Below, piece by piece: positions 9,812-19,916 of a stretch of 64,000 nt of DNA (position 1 is the first letter of the stretch; each line of letters opens with the position of its first letter). The notes under the pieces were generated by a model, which did no database searches, had not been told where the DNA came from, and saw nothing but the letters and a program-made list of their open reading frames with translations. The translations under genes and the position numbers were made by a program. The stretch covers positions 8,277 to 72,276 of the forward strand of contig JAYRFB010000236.1 in assembly GCA_041908585.1 (NCBI GenBank), written 5' to 3'. The stretch is from Candidatus Krumholzibacteriia bacterium (GTDB lineage Bacteria > Krumholzibacteriota > Krumholzibacteriia > LZORAL124-64-63).

Positions 9812-11585
9812 CGTCCGCTCCTTCCCTGCGCTCCGCGTACGCCGGCTCCGACTGCAGCCGCGGGTCGTCGATCGGCCCGCCCACCGTGAAATGGTAGAGG
9901 CTTTGCCAGCGGCGGTCCACCAGTCCCAGCGCGCGGTGCACCTCGTCGTCGAAGAAGCAGCCGATGCCGGTGCCGCGCAGTCCGGCCGCCTCGGCCTCCA
10001 GGTAGAGCAGCTGGCCGACGGCGCCGGTCTCCTGGAACAGGCGCGCCCAGGCGGACGGCCCCCCCTGCGCCAGGACGGGCTCGAAGCGGGCCAGCAGTCC
10101 CGCGCTGAACACGCCATCGGCGGCGATGTCCTGCGCGCAGCTTACCTGCCGCGCCGCCTCGCGCAGGTCACCCGTACCCAGGCGGTGCAGCGGCAGGGTC
10201 GGCGGGACTCCGGCCGGGCGCTCCCAGGTGAAGTCGGCGCGCAGGGCATCGCGCAGGTCCGCCTCGTGGTCCGGCGCGCGGCACAGGATGTAAAGGCCGG
10301 CGGCAAGGCCGTCGACGCGGTGCACCAGGAGCACCAGCGACACATCCACCCGGGGGCCGACGGCGCGCAGGGCCGGGTCCGCAGCGGTCGCGGGCAGCGC
10401 GGGTATCGCGGGCGGCGCGGGCGCTGCGGGCGGCGCAGGTGTCGCGGGCGCTGCGGGCGCTGCGGACGGCGCGGACGGCGCGCGCACCGGCAACAGCGCC
10501 TGCAGCAGGCGGCAGAACGCGGGCAGGTCCAGCCCGGTGCGCCCGTCCATGGCGACGGCGCTGCGCCGGCCGCGGATCAGGGTGCCGGCGTCGAGGGGGC
10601 GATCGGGATCGCGTGCGCCGGCGCACGTTCCGGCGCCGGCCGCATCAACGCCGGCCACCCAGACGTCCGCCGCCGGCGCAGCCACGGCCGCAGCCGCTTC
10701 GGCGACGAGCGGCCAGTCGTGGTGCGACGGGCTCAGCCGGTTGGCCACGCCCAGCCACCGCGCGGGCACGGGCGGCTTCGCCTTCAGCGCGCCGCCGGGC
10801 CAGGGCCCGGGGACGACCGCCAGCAGGGCCTCGGCGTGCTCGAATTCAGGACCCCTGTCCGGGTCCAGGCCCAGGAGCGCCGCCAGTTCCCCGGTGCCGA
10901 CGCCCTCCAGCCGTCGCGCCGTCCAGCCCAGGCGCGCGGCCGCCAGGCCGATCGCGGCCAGCGCGTGGCCGGCATCGTGCTGGCAGTAGCGGAAGGCGCG
11001 CTCGCCGTACTTCCAGGCTTCGCGCCAGGGGATCGACGAGATCGCCACCAGGAACGAGTCGGCGGGCAGGCCCAGGACCGGGGCGTCGAAGCGGTTCGCG
11101 GGCCCGTCGCCCCAGCAGCCGCGCAGCTCGAGCGCGTGGTCGGCGGGCGCGTAGTGATGCACCCCGCGCGGGTCGATGAGCCAGCCCTCGGTCGGGTGCA
11201 GGTTGCCGCTCGAGGGGTTCACGCGCAGCGCCCAGCGCGAGACGACCCGGCCGTCGGGGCCGCGAACCTGCTTCCAGGCCGAGAGCGCCAGGCTGTGGAA
11301 CAGCAGGTCGCCCAGCGTGGCGTCGGTCACGGGTTGCGGCGCGCCGGCCACGCGCCCCTCGCGCACCGCATCCCAGGTCGGCCCCCGGCCGGTGGCCGTC
11401 GGCGGCAGGGGCAATCGCTGCCGGGGCGCCCCGTCGTGGACGCGGAAGGGGTCCGGCTGGTTGGTCCAGTCCAGCCAGCCCAGGGAGCGGGCGTACCGTC
11501 GGACCTGGTGCTTGGTGGCCTCGTGGTAGGCCGCGATGGCCGCCATGGCAGCCTGACCGTCCGGTCCGGGGTCGTTTCCGGTCAT
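9801..11585 (-). CDS. Tandem nitroreductase-fold protein, SagB/ThcOx-type dehydrogenase family
   Basis: 594 aa. The N-terminal AYHEATKH motif and NPSSGNLHP are typical of SagB-type domains. A second nitroreductase-like half follows (GTGIGCFFDDEVH). The halves are joined by an Ala/Pro-rich linker. Confidence 0.8.
   Translation of the reverse strand: MTGNDPGPDGQAAMAAIAAYHEATKHQVRRYARSLGWLDWTNQPDPFRVHDGAPRQRLPLPPTATGRGPTWDAVREGRVAGAPQPVTDATLGDLLFHSLALSAWKQVRGPDGRVVSRWALRVNPSSGNLHPTEGWLIDPRGVHHYAPADHALELRGCWGDGPANRFDAPVLGLPADSFLVAISSIPWREAWKYGERAFRYCQHDAGHALAAIGLAAARLGWTARRLEGVGTGELAALLGLDPDRGPEFEHAEALLAVVPGPWPGGALKAKPPVPARWLGVANRLSPSHHDWPLVAEAAAAVAAPAADVWVAGVDAAGAGTCAGARDPDRPLDAGTLIRGRRSAVAMDGRTGLDLPAFCRLLQALLPVRAPSAPSAAPAAPATPAPPAAPAPPAIPALPATAADPALRAVGPRVDVSLVLLVHRVDGLAAGLYILCRAPDHEADLRDALRADFTWERPAGVPPTLPLHRLGTGDLREAARQVSCAQDIAADGVFSAGLLARFEPVLAQGGPSAWARLFQETGAVGQLLYLEAEAAGLRGTGIGCFFDDEVHRALGLVDRRWQSLYHFTVGGPIDDPRLQSEPAYAERREGADGDG
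10388..10486. repeat. Imperfect 9-bp tandem repeat (about 11 units, NNGCGGGCG) encoding the Ala/Pro-rich linker of the tandem nitroreductase
   Basis: Units read directly: TCGCGGGCA GCGCGGGTA TCGCGGGCG GCGCGGGCG CTGCGGGCG GCGCAGGTG TCGCGGGCG CTGCGGGCG CTGCGGACG GCGCGGACG GCGCGCGCA. Confidence 0.8.
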
Positions 11586-11698
11586 TCCCTGTGGCTCCTT
11601 GAGGTTGCCGGGGCGTCCCGTCGGGGGGCCTGAACCCGGGCGGAACGAGAAATAGTGTAAAACCGACGATTTTCCGGCCGATCCCGTCAGCCGTAACC

Positions 11699-13708
11699 GT
11701 GTCAGACCCGGGAGGGGCCTGCTTGTCCTCGATCGCCGACAAGGACCTGCCGTCGCCGGCCGGCGAGACGCCCGCCACGCTCGCGCCCGAGCACGCCGAG
11801 CTGCTGGCGGCGCTCGACCGCATGCTGACGGTGGGTTCGTACTACCCGCCCGGCCATGAAAAATACCGCGAGGTGGCCAAGGCCGCCCATCGTGCGGTCG
11901 CGCGCGCGGCCGGTCCGCAGGGCGTGGTGGCCATCGAGGTGAACGAGGCCGGCCTGACGATGGGCCCCTCGCTGGCGCCCGCCGACGGCCGCGAGGCCAA
12001 GCGCCTGCACAAGCTGCTGCTGCCGCTGGACATCGCCCTGCTGGAGATCGACCAGGACACGAGCGCCGAGGACCTGCACGCCGCGCTGCTCGCGCTCAAG
12101 AAGCAGCAGTCGGAGCTGGGGTCGTCGCGGGCCTACCGCGCCATCGAGGTCACCGGCCTGCCGGCGAGCGTGCGCGCGACCAGCCGCCAGCTCTACGTGA
12201 AGATGCGCCACAAGATGGTCGGCAGCGGCGGCACGCGGCCGAACGTCGACGCCTTCGACCCGAACACGATCCCCGATGCGATGCTGGTCGCCACGCCCGA
12301 TGGCCAGAAGCTCGAGCGCGAGTTCCTGGCCGTGGTGCGCGGCATCATGACCGGCGCCGACCCGCAGAAACTGCAGCGGCTGCACGAGACGCCGATCGAC
12401 CGCATCACGCAGGTGCTGGGCGAATGGATCCCCGACGCGGCGATCCGCGCGATGAAGGACATCATCGACCGCCTGGCCGAGACGAACTCCGACCCGATGG
12501 TGCTCGAGGCCCTGGTGGCCCATGCCACGAAGGCGCTGGAGCTGACCGGGGACAGCGAGATGGTCGAGCTCGCGTTCCAGCGCCTGCGCGTCGAGCGCGA
12601 GGTGAAGGGCGAGTCGCGGCCCCTGCTGGAGAACCGGCCCCGGCCGCGCGGCGTCAAGCGGACGCCGGTGACCTACACCATGACGCGGGCGCAGCTGGGC
12701 GCGCTGGTCGATGCCGTCGCCGCCTCGGAGCGGCCCATCGAGGACCTCGACGCCGGGACCAACGCCGACTGCCTGGCGATCTGCTACCAGATCCTGGCGG
12801 CGGCGCCGTCGCCGGAGCTGACCGAGCAGGTTGCCGCGTTGATGGAATCGATGGTGGCCGGCGACAACTGCTCGGCGCGCGACTTGGACGCGGCACGCGA
12901 TGCGCTGCGCGCGACCTTCCAGCAGGGCTGGAGCCCGCAGACGCCGGACCTGGCCCGGGCGATCCTGGCGCCGATGCGCATGGTGCGGCCGGGCAAGCTG
13001 AGCTGGCTGTGGCTGGCGGTGTGGGAGGGCCTGCTGGAGGCGGCGCACAAGGAGGCCGCCTGGCCGCTGCTGGTCAACGACCTGCTGCTGGGCATCGAGT
13101 GGGACGATCCGGCGGGCAGGCTGCAGCTCTTCGCGGAGCTGACCGACCTGGACGTCCGCGAGCGCCTGGACCTGCTGGCCCGCCTGGAGGAGCTGCCGGC
13201 GCTGCGCGGGAAGCAGGTGGATGCCCGCCTGCTGGACGCGCCGGCGCCGCTGCTGTTCCCCGTGTACCGGCTCCTGCTGCGCTCGTCGCTGAGCGAGGAG
13301 CTGGGGCCCCTGCTGGCGGCGCGCCTGGCGCGCCAGGACGCGCACCCGCTGGTGCGGCAGCTGGTGGCTTGCCTCGGGGGCTGGGACCGCTCGCACCTGC
13401 GTCTCTACCAGGCGATGCTCGAGCAGGGCGTTGCCGAACGCGTGGTGCCGGCCCTGGCCGACCAGGCCGGCCGCTACCTGCGCGGCATCGTGTCCCGGCT
13501 GGAGGACGACGAGCTGGCCGAGCCCTGGGTGCCGGGAGCCATCGAATGGCTGAGCCGCCTGCGCGTGGGCGGGGCCACGGAGGTGCTGCGCGACATCGTT
13601 GCGGAAAGGCGCTGGCTGTTCATCCCCGTCTGGCCTGCCGCCGCGCGCGACGCCGCCCGCGCGGCCCTGGAGAAGCTCGAGGGGACGCCGCAGGAGGAAT
13701 CGAAGTGA
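11699..13708 (+). CDS. Large helical hypothetical protein, translationally coupled to the HD-GYP gene
   Basis: 669-aa ORF (GTG start, uncertain) with consistent high-GC3 coding. I recognise no catalytic motif. Its stop overlaps the next start (GTGA). Confidence 0.7.
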   Translation: MSDPGGACLSSIADKDLPSPAGETPATLAPEHAELLAALDRMLTVGSYYPPGHEKYREVAKAAHRAVARAAGPQGVVAIEVNEAGLTMGPSLAPADGREAKRLHKLLLPLDIALLEIDQDTSAEDLHAALLALKKQQSELGSSRAYRAIEVTGLPASVRATSRQLYVKMRHKMVGSGGTRPNVDAFDPNTIPDAMLVATPDGQKLEREFLAVVRGIMTGADPQKLQRLHETPIDRITQVLGEWIPDAAIRAMKDIIDRLAETNSDPMVLEALVAHATKALELTGDSEMVELAFQRLRVEREVKGESRPLLENRPRPRGVKRTPVTYTMTRAQLGALVDAVAASERPIEDLDAGTNADCLAICYQILAAAPSPELTEQVAALMESMVAGDNCSARDLDAARDALRATFQQGWSPQTPDLARAILAPMRMVRPGKLSWLWLAVWEGLLEAAHKEAAWPLLVNDLLLGIEWDDPAGRLQLFAELTDLDVRERLDLLARLEELPALRGKQVDARLLDAPAPLLFPVYRLLLRSSLSEELGPLLAARLARQDAHPLVRQLVACLGGWDRSHLRLYQAMLEQGVAERVVPALADQAGRYLRGIVSRLEDDELAEPWVPGAIEWLSRLRVGGATEVLRDIVAERRWLFIPVWPAAARDAARAALEKLEGTPQEESK

Positions 13709-15228
13709 GCGCCACCTTCAGCGACCTGATCATCATGCTCTCGAGCGGCATCACGCAGCGCCGGCTCTACTTCGACGCGCACCCGAAGGTGCAGGCGCTG
13801 GGCCGCGACTTCGCGGCGAAACTGGATGCCCGCCTGCGCGAGTCGGAAGAGAACGCCTTCTTCTTCGGCGTGCTGAACGGCAAGTTCATCCGCGACGGCC
13901 GCTTCCTGGTGGGGCCATCCATCGCGGGGCGGAGCCTGATCGAGTTCGCCGAACGCCTCGGCTGCGGCGGCTTCCTCTTCCAGCAGCACGTGACCGCCGA
14001 CGAGGTCGCCGCGTTCTTCCGCCTGGCCGCCGGCCTTCGCGAGCGCACCGGCTCGCTGGACGAATCGATGGCGATGCTGCGCGCCGAGGGCATCCGGCTG
14101 ATCGAGCTGACGCCGCACTTCCGGCAGGCGGACCCGAACCGGCCGGTGGACCAGGTGGACTTCTCGACGGTGGACCCGTCGCTGATCCAGTTCGACTTCA
14201 CCGAGGACGACGAGGACGGCGAGGGCGGCCTGGGCCGCTCCATCCAGAACGACCTGGCGCCGCTGCTGCCCATCTTCCAGTCGATGTACGAGACGGTGGC
14301 CAGCAACCACGCCGTGGTCGGGCGCGATGGCGAGCTGGACCTGGCGCGCACGCAATCGGTGAGCGAGCAGCTGCAGGTCCGCGCGGACCGCGAGACCATG
14401 GACATCATGAACCTGATGCGCTACCCCGACTACGACAGCTACACGATCGGGCACTCGGTGCGCGTGTCGACGCTGGCGCTGACGGTGGGGCGCGAGATGG
14501 GCTGGCCCGAGCACCGGCTGGGCGAGCTGGCGACCGCCGGCCTGCTGCACGACCTGGGCAAGGCCAAGGTTCCCGACGAGATCCTCTACAAGCCGGGCAA
14601 GCTGGACGACGAGGAGCGGAAGCTCGCCGAGTCGCACGCCGAGATCGGCGCGCGCCTGCTGATGGGCCGCCCCGACGTGACGCCGATGGTGCTGGCCGCG
14701 GCCTGGGGCCATCACATCCGCCAGGACGGCGGCGGCTACCCGAAGATGCCCGAGTGGGCCGTGCGCAGCCCCATCGGCGGGCTGATCCAGGTCTGCGACG
14801 TGTTCGAGGCCCTGACCGCCGCGCGTCCCTACAAGAACCCGATGCCGCCGCGGCGCGCCTTCGAGATCATCTTCAAGGACCGCTCAGCCTTCCACCCCAA
14901 CGCGCTCATGGCGCTGGTGCGGGCGGTGGGCCTGTATCCGCCGGGCAGCGAGGTGGTGCTCAACGACGGCAGCCGCGGCTACGTCACCGCGCGCGGCTCG
15001 AAGTGGGACAGCCCGCTGGTGCGCATCACGAAGGACAAGACCGGCCGCCGCCTGGAACGCGACGACCAGTTCCTGATCGACCTGGCCGACAACAAGAAGC
15101 TGGAAGTGGCGGACTTCCTGTCGGTGAGCATCGACCCCGACGGCAAGCCGGTGGCCGGCGCCCCGGACGAGGCGCCGGAGGGTGACGGGAAGTCCGTCGA
15201 CGAGCTGCTGACCGACGCCCGGATCTGA
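13705..15228 (+). CDS. HD-GYP domain c-di-GMP phosphodiesterase-type protein
   Basis: Start GTG 13705 (VSATFSDLII...). HD-GYP signature is present: HSVRVSTLAL...LLHDLGKAKVPDEILYKPGKLDDEE...HHIRQDGGGYPK. Confidence 0.9.
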   Translation: MSATFSDLIIMLSSGITQRRLYFDAHPKVQALGRDFAAKLDARLRESEENAFFFGVLNGKFIRDGRFLVGPSIAGRSLIEFAERLGCGGFLFQQHVTADEVAAFFRLAAGLRERTGSLDESMAMLRAEGIRLIELTPHFRQADPNRPVDQVDFSTVDPSLIQFDFTEDDEDGEGGLGRSIQNDLAPLLPIFQSMYETVASNHAVVGRDGELDLARTQSVSEQLQVRADRETMDIMNLMRYPDYDSYTIGHSVRVSTLALTVGREMGWPEHRLGELATAGLLHDLGKAKVPDEILYKPGKLDDEERKLAESHAEIGARLLMGRPDVTPMVLAAAWGHHIRQDGGGYPKMPEWAVRSPIGGLIQVCDVFEALTAARPYKNPMPPRRAFEIIFKDRSAFHPNALMALVRAVGLYPPGSEVVLNDGSRGYVTARGSKWDSPLVRITKDKTGRRLERDDQFLIDLADNKKLEVADFLSVSIDPDGKPVAGAPDEAPEGDGKSVDELLTDARI

Positions 15229-15368
15229 GGATCCGGCCTCCCGCCGGCGCCTGAATGTTAATTTTCTGCAAGCGCCTCCCCGCCCGGTGGACACCGGACC
15301 CGCCTCTGTATTGAATGTAGAGTTCCACCGGCAGCGTCCGCGACACCCTTGGGCGGTGGGAGAGCCCC

Positions 15369-16871
15369 GTGCAGAACATCGCCGCCATCGACGCCGGCTC
15401 CAACGGCATCCGCATGGCCGTCGCCCGGCTGGGACCGGACGGGCGGATGCAGGTCCTCAGCGCCGCCCGCGCGCCCGTGCGCCTGGGCGCGGACGCCTTC
15501 GCCCACGGCCAGATCTCCGAACCGACGATGCAGGCGGCCGCCGAGACGTTCGTCCGCTTCCGCAAGGCGGCGGCCGACCTCATGGTCACCCGGCTGCGGG
15601 CCGTGGCGACCAGCGCGCTGCGCGAGGCCGGCAACAGCGACGTCCTGGTCGACCTCATCGCGCGCGAGACGGGCATCAACGTCGAGGTCATCAGCGGCGA
15701 GGAGGAATCCCGCCTGATCCACCTGGCCATCGGCAAGGTCGTGGACCTGGGCAGGCGGCGCGCGATGCTGATCGACATCGGCGGCGGCAGCGTCGAGGTG
15801 ACGCTCACCGAGGGCGAGAACATCGTCTCCTCCGAGAGCTACCGCATGGGCACGGTGCGGCTCCTGCAGAAGTTCGACGGCAACGGCCGGTCGTGGCAGT
15901 CGTTCAACCGCATGGTGAAGGAGTACGCCGAGGCCACGCGCCGCCGGCTTGACCGCGAGATCGGGCGGCAGGGCATCGAGCTCTGCGTGGGAACGGGCGG
16001 CAACATCGAGGAGATGGGCGAGCTCGCGAAGCGCATCTTCCGCCGTGATTCGGCCCGACTGATCACCCAGCGGGACCTGCGGGACCTGGGCGACCTGCTG
16101 GGCGCGCTGACGCCGTCCGAGCGCGCCGCGCGCTACGACCTGCGCCCGGATCGCGCGGACGTGATCATGCCGGCGTGCGTGGTCCTGCAGAGCCTGGTGA
16201 AGACGGCCGGCGTGCGCGAGGTGCTGATCCCGGGCGTCGGGCTCAAGGATGGCGTCCTGTGGGACCTGGCCGCGCAGGCCGACCCGCGGCCGCCGCGACG
16301 CGAGCAGGTGTGGTCGTCGGCGGTTCACCTGGGCGGGAAGTACGCGCTCGACGCCGAGCACGGCGGCATCGTCGCCGACCTGGCCACGCAGATCTTCGAC
16401 CAGACGACGACGCTCCACGGCCTGGGCGCCGAGGAACGCCTGGTGCTGGAGGTCGCGGCGCTGCTCCACGACATCGGCTACTTCGTCAACGCCATCGACC
16501 ATGACCGCCACGGGCACTACCTGCTGCACAACAGCTTCCTGTTCGGGCTCTCGGAGTCCCAGCAGGCGGTGGTGGCGAACATCGTGCGCTACCACCGCAA
16601 GACGGCCCCCACCCTGGAGCACGGCCACTTCAAGGCGCTGGCGCCCCGCGACCGCGTCATGGTCAACAAGCTGTGCGCCCTGCTGCGGCTGGCCGACGGC
16701 ATCGACACCGGCCATGCCGGGCGCGTGCGGCGCGTCGGGCTGACCGGCGCCCGCTCGCGCTGGACGTTGACGCTGGAGGGCGAGGGCGACCTGGCCCTGG
16801 AGAAGTGGACGCTGACCAAGCGACGCGCGCTGTTCCAGGACGTCTTCGGCGTCGAACTGGCGATCGCATGA
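15369..16871 (+). CDS. ppx: Exopolyphosphatase / GppA family (Ppx) with C-terminal HD domain
   Basis: 500 aa. N-terminal ASKHA-fold motif AAIDAGSNGIRM, plus DIGGGSVE. The C-terminal HD region reads LLHDIGYFVN..HDRHGHY. Confidence 0.9.
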   Translation: MQNIAAIDAGSNGIRMAVARLGPDGRMQVLSAARAPVRLGADAFAHGQISEPTMQAAAETFVRFRKAAADLMVTRLRAVATSALREAGNSDVLVDLIARETGINVEVISGEEESRLIHLAIGKVVDLGRRRAMLIDIGGGSVEVTLTEGENIVSSESYRMGTVRLLQKFDGNGRSWQSFNRMVKEYAEATRRRLDREIGRQGIELCVGTGGNIEEMGELAKRIFRRDSARLITQRDLRDLGDLLGALTPSERAARYDLRPDRADVIMPACVVLQSLVKTAGVREVLIPGVGLKDGVLWDLAAQADPRPPRREQVWSSAVHLGGKYALDAEHGGIVADLATQIFDQTTTLHGLGAEERLVLEVAALLHDIGYFVNAIDHDRHGHYLLHNSFLFGLSESQQAVVANIVRYHRKTAPTLEHGHFKALAPRDRVMVNKLCALLRLADGIDTGHAGRVRRVGLTGARSRWTLTLEGEGDLALEKWTLTKRRALFQDVFGVELAIA

Positions 16872-16878
16872 GGCGGGC

Positions 16879-17760
16879 GTGATGGAGGCGGCGCAGCTCT
16901 TCCTGGACGCCTTCGACCGGCGCCGCGAGAACTTCCTGGTGCGCCTGAAGGCGTGCCGCGAGGACTTCTCCGAGGCATCGGTGCACGACCTGCGCGTGGC
17001 CGCACGGCGCCTGATCGCGTTCGTGGAGGTGGCCGGGCTGCTGGAAGGTCGCGGGAAGCCGTCGCGGGCGCGAAGGCAGCTGAAGGATCTCATCGACGGC
17101 TTCGACGAGCTGCGCGACACGCAGGTCATGCAGGCCAGCCTGGACGAGCACCTGCGCGAGGAGCCGTCGCTGGTGGCGCTGCGCGAGCACCTGCTGGCGC
17201 AGGAGCAGGAGCTGCTGCGGGGCGCGCGGCGCGCGGCGCGCAGCTTCGGGACGAGGCAGCTCAAGGACCGCCTGAAGCGGCTGCGCGCGCGGCTGGCGGA
17301 GCAGCTGCGGTCGCCCGACCCGGACCTGGACCCGTTCGCGCCGGTCGACGAGGCGTACGCGCGCGTCGTCAGCCGTGACGCCGCCGCCGATCCCCAGGAC
17401 ACGGCAACCATCCACCGCGTGCGGCTGGCCTTCAAGAAGTTCCGCTATCGCTTCGAGATCGTGCAGCCCGCCGTTCCGGCGCTGCCGCCGGACCACGCCG
17501 CGCGCCTGCACACCTACCAGACGCTGGTGGGCCGGGTCCAGGACGCCGAGACATTCCTCGGGCTGGCCCGCGACTGCGCCGCCGGCAATCCCGGCTTCGA
17601 GTCCGCGGCGGCGCTGGCCTTCTACACCCGCCTGCGCGCCGAGGCCCTCGACGAGTGGCTGGCCAGCCGCGCGGCGCTGTCCGGGTTCTGGCGGGCGGAA
17701 CCTGCCGCGCCGTTCCCCTGGCTGGCCGCGCGACCGCGGCGCCGGGAGACCCGCCCATGA
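16879..17760 (+). CDS. CHAD domain protein
   Basis: 293 aa. VHDLRVAARRLIA and HRVRLAFKKFRYRFE are conserved CHAD helices. It sits between ppx and ppk1. Confidence 0.85.
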   Translation: MMEAAQLFLDAFDRRRENFLVRLKACREDFSEASVHDLRVAARRLIAFVEVAGLLEGRGKPSRARRQLKDLIDGFDELRDTQVMQASLDEHLREEPSLVALREHLLAQEQELLRGARRAARSFGTRQLKDRLKRLRARLAEQLRSPDPDLDPFAPVDEAYARVVSRDAAADPQDTATIHRVRLAFKKFRYRFEIVQPAVPALPPDHAARLHTYQTLVGRVQDAETFLGLARDCAAGNPGFESAAALAFYTRLRAEALDEWLASRAALSGFWRAEPAAPFPWLAARPRRRETRP

Positions 17761-19916
17761 CCCCGCGACCGCGCGACCTGCCGCTCGACGACCCCCGGCT
17801 CTACGTGAACCGCGAGCTGGGGCTTCTGGAGTTCCAGCGGCGCGTGCTGGACGAGGCCCGCGACGAGCGCAACCCGCTGCTCGAGCGCGCCAAGTTCCTG
17901 GCGATCTTCGGCTCCAACCTGGACGAGTTCTTCATGGTCCGGGTCTCGGGCATCCGGCGCCAGGTGCTGTCGCACGTCGCCACGGCCGACCCGGCCGGCC
18001 TGACGCCGCGCGAGGAACTTGCCGCGATCCGCAAGCTCTCGCTGGAGCTCTACACCGAGGGCCTGGGCTTCCTTCGCCGCAAGCTGCTGCCGCGACTGGC
18101 CCGCGAGGGCGTGCACGTGCTGGACTACGCGCGCCTGAACGACACGCAGCGACGGCGCGCCGACAGCTACTTCCGCGAGGTGATCCACCCGGTGCTGACG
18201 CCGCTGGCGGTGGACCCGGGGCACCCGTTCCCCCACATCTCGAACCTGAGCCTGAACCTCGCCATTGTCGTGCGCGATCCCAAGGGACAGGAGCGCTTCG
18301 CGCGCCTGAAGGTCCCCGACACGCTGCCGCGGCTGATCCCCCTGAAGAAGTCGTCCGGCGGCGAGCGCCGCGACGGCACGCTGCCACGCCACCACTACTT
18401 CGTCTGGATCGAGCAGGTGATCCAGGCCAACCTGGGCCCGCTGTTCCCGGGCATGGAGGTGGTCTCGGCGCACCCGTTCAGGGTCGTGCGCGACGCCGAC
18501 ATCGAGATCCAGGAGATCGAGGCGGACGACTTGCTGGAGACGATGCAGCAGGGCATCCGCCGGCGGAAGTTCGGGTCCGTGGTCCAGGTCTCGATCCACG
18601 AGGACATGCCGGCCGGCGTTCGCGAGGTGCTGCTGGAGAACCTGGAGGCGCGGGCCTCCGACCTGTTCGTCATGCACGGTCCGCTCGGGCTCAGCGCGCT
18701 GTGGCAGGTCTACAACGGCGTCGAGCGCCACGAGCTCAAGTTCCCGCCCTACCGGCCGTTCGTGCCCAAGGAGCTCCGCAAGGCGACCGGTGCCGACATC
18801 TTCGACGCGATTCGCGCCGGCAACATCCTGCTGCACCACCCCTACGACTCGTTCGAGCCGGTGGTGGAGTTCCTGCGCGCCGCCGCGCGCGACCCGCAGG
18901 TCCTGGCCATCAAGCAGACGCTGTACCGTGTGGGCCGCAATTCGCCGGTCGTGGATGCGCTGCTGGAGGCCGCCGAGCACGGGAAGCAGGTGGCCGTCCT
19001 GGTCGAGCTGAGCGCCCGGTTCGACGAGGAGAGCAACATCGGCTGGGCCCGCCTGCTGGAGCAGACCGGCGTCCACGTGGTCTACGGCGTGGTTGGGCTC
19101 AAGACCCACAGCAAGATCGCCATGGTTGTCCGGCGCGAAGGCGAGGGCATCCGCCGCTACCTGCACCTGGCCACGGGCAACTACAACCCCGTCACCGCGG
19201 GCATGTACGAGGACATCGGAGTCTTCACCTGCGACGAGACGATGGGCGTCGACGCGACCGACCTGTTCAACTACCTGACCGGCTACTCCACGAAGCAGGA
19301 CTACAGCAAGCTCCTGATCGCGCCGGTCACGCTGCGGGCGCGCCTGGAGAAGCTGATCGAGCGCGAGACGGCGCACGCCGCGGGCGGCCGGCGCGCGCAC
19401 ATCATCCTCAAGGCCAACGCACTGGTGGACCCGGCGGTGATCCGCCTGCTGTACCGTGCCTCGCAGGCGGGCGTGAAGGTCGAACTGTACATCCGCGGCA
19501 TCTGCTGCCTGCGCCCGGGGTGGCCCGGCATCAGCGAGAACATCACGGTGACCAGCACCGTCGGCCGCTTCCTGGAGCACAGCCGCGTCTTCTACTTCCT
19601 GAACGACGGCGACGAAGAGGTGTATCTGGGCAGCGCCGACCTCATGATGCGCAACCTCAACCGGCGCGTGGAGGTGGTCTTCCCGGTCGAGGCGCCGGCG
19701 CATCGGCGCTACCTGCGCGACGTGGCCCTGGAGGCCTACCGGCAGGACAACTTCAAGCTGCGACAGATGACGCCGGAGGGGACCTACGTCCAGGTGGCGG
19801 CGGGCGAGGGCGAGGCGTTGACGAGCGCCCACGACATCCTCATGCGCGGGCGGGGGCGCGTGCGGCACTTCGGGGCGGCCCCAGGGGACGGGGCCGACGA
19901 CATCACTCGTCCTTGA
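17757..19916 (+). CDS. ppk1: Polyphosphate kinase 1
   Basis: The start ATG overlaps the CHAD stop (ATGA). MTPRPRDLPLDDPRLYVNRELGLLEFQRRVLDEA is the canonical PPK1 N-terminus. Two PLD-like HxK regions are present (GLKTHSKIAMV, FLEHSRVFYF). Confidence 0.95.
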   Translation: MTPRPRDLPLDDPRLYVNRELGLLEFQRRVLDEARDERNPLLERAKFLAIFGSNLDEFFMVRVSGIRRQVLSHVATADPAGLTPREELAAIRKLSLELYTEGLGFLRRKLLPRLAREGVHVLDYARLNDTQRRRADSYFREVIHPVLTPLAVDPGHPFPHISNLSLNLAIVVRDPKGQERFARLKVPDTLPRLIPLKKSSGGERRDGTLPRHHYFVWIEQVIQANLGPLFPGMEVVSAHPFRVVRDADIEIQEIEADDLLETMQQGIRRRKFGSVVQVSIHEDMPAGVREVLLENLEARASDLFVMHGPLGLSALWQVYNGVERHELKFPPYRPFVPKELRKATGADIFDAIRAGNILLHHPYDSFEPVVEFLRAAARDPQVLAIKQTLYRVGRNSPVVDALLEAAEHGKQVAVLVELSARFDEESNIGWARLLEQTGVHVVYGVVGLKTHSKIAMVVRREGEGIRRYLHLATGNYNPVTAGMYEDIGVFTCDETMGVDATDLFNYLTGYSTKQDYSKLLIAPVTLRARLEKLIERETAHAAGGRRAHIILKANALVDPAVIRLLYRASQAGVKVELYIRGICCLRPGWPGISENITVTSTVGRFLEHSRVFYFLNDGDEEVYLGSADLMMRNLNRRVEVVFPVEAPAHRRYLRDVALEAYRQDNFKLRQMTPEGTYVQVAAGEGEALTSAHDILMRGRGRVRHFGAAPGDGADDITRP

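Noticed and set aside
9801-11585. The SagB-type dehydrogenase as a marker of a thiazole/oxazole RiPP (TOMM) cluster.
   Set aside because: No YcaO/cyclodehydratase, docking protein or short precursor ORF is adjacent. The tandem-nitroreductase architecture exists outside RiPP clusters.
15252-15318. Direct repeat TGAATGT(T/A)A, 60 nt apart, upstream of ppx, considered as a Pho-box-like site.
   Set aside because: Only 7-8 nt are shared, there is no resemblance to known Pho boxes, and the spacing is unhelpful. It could be chance.
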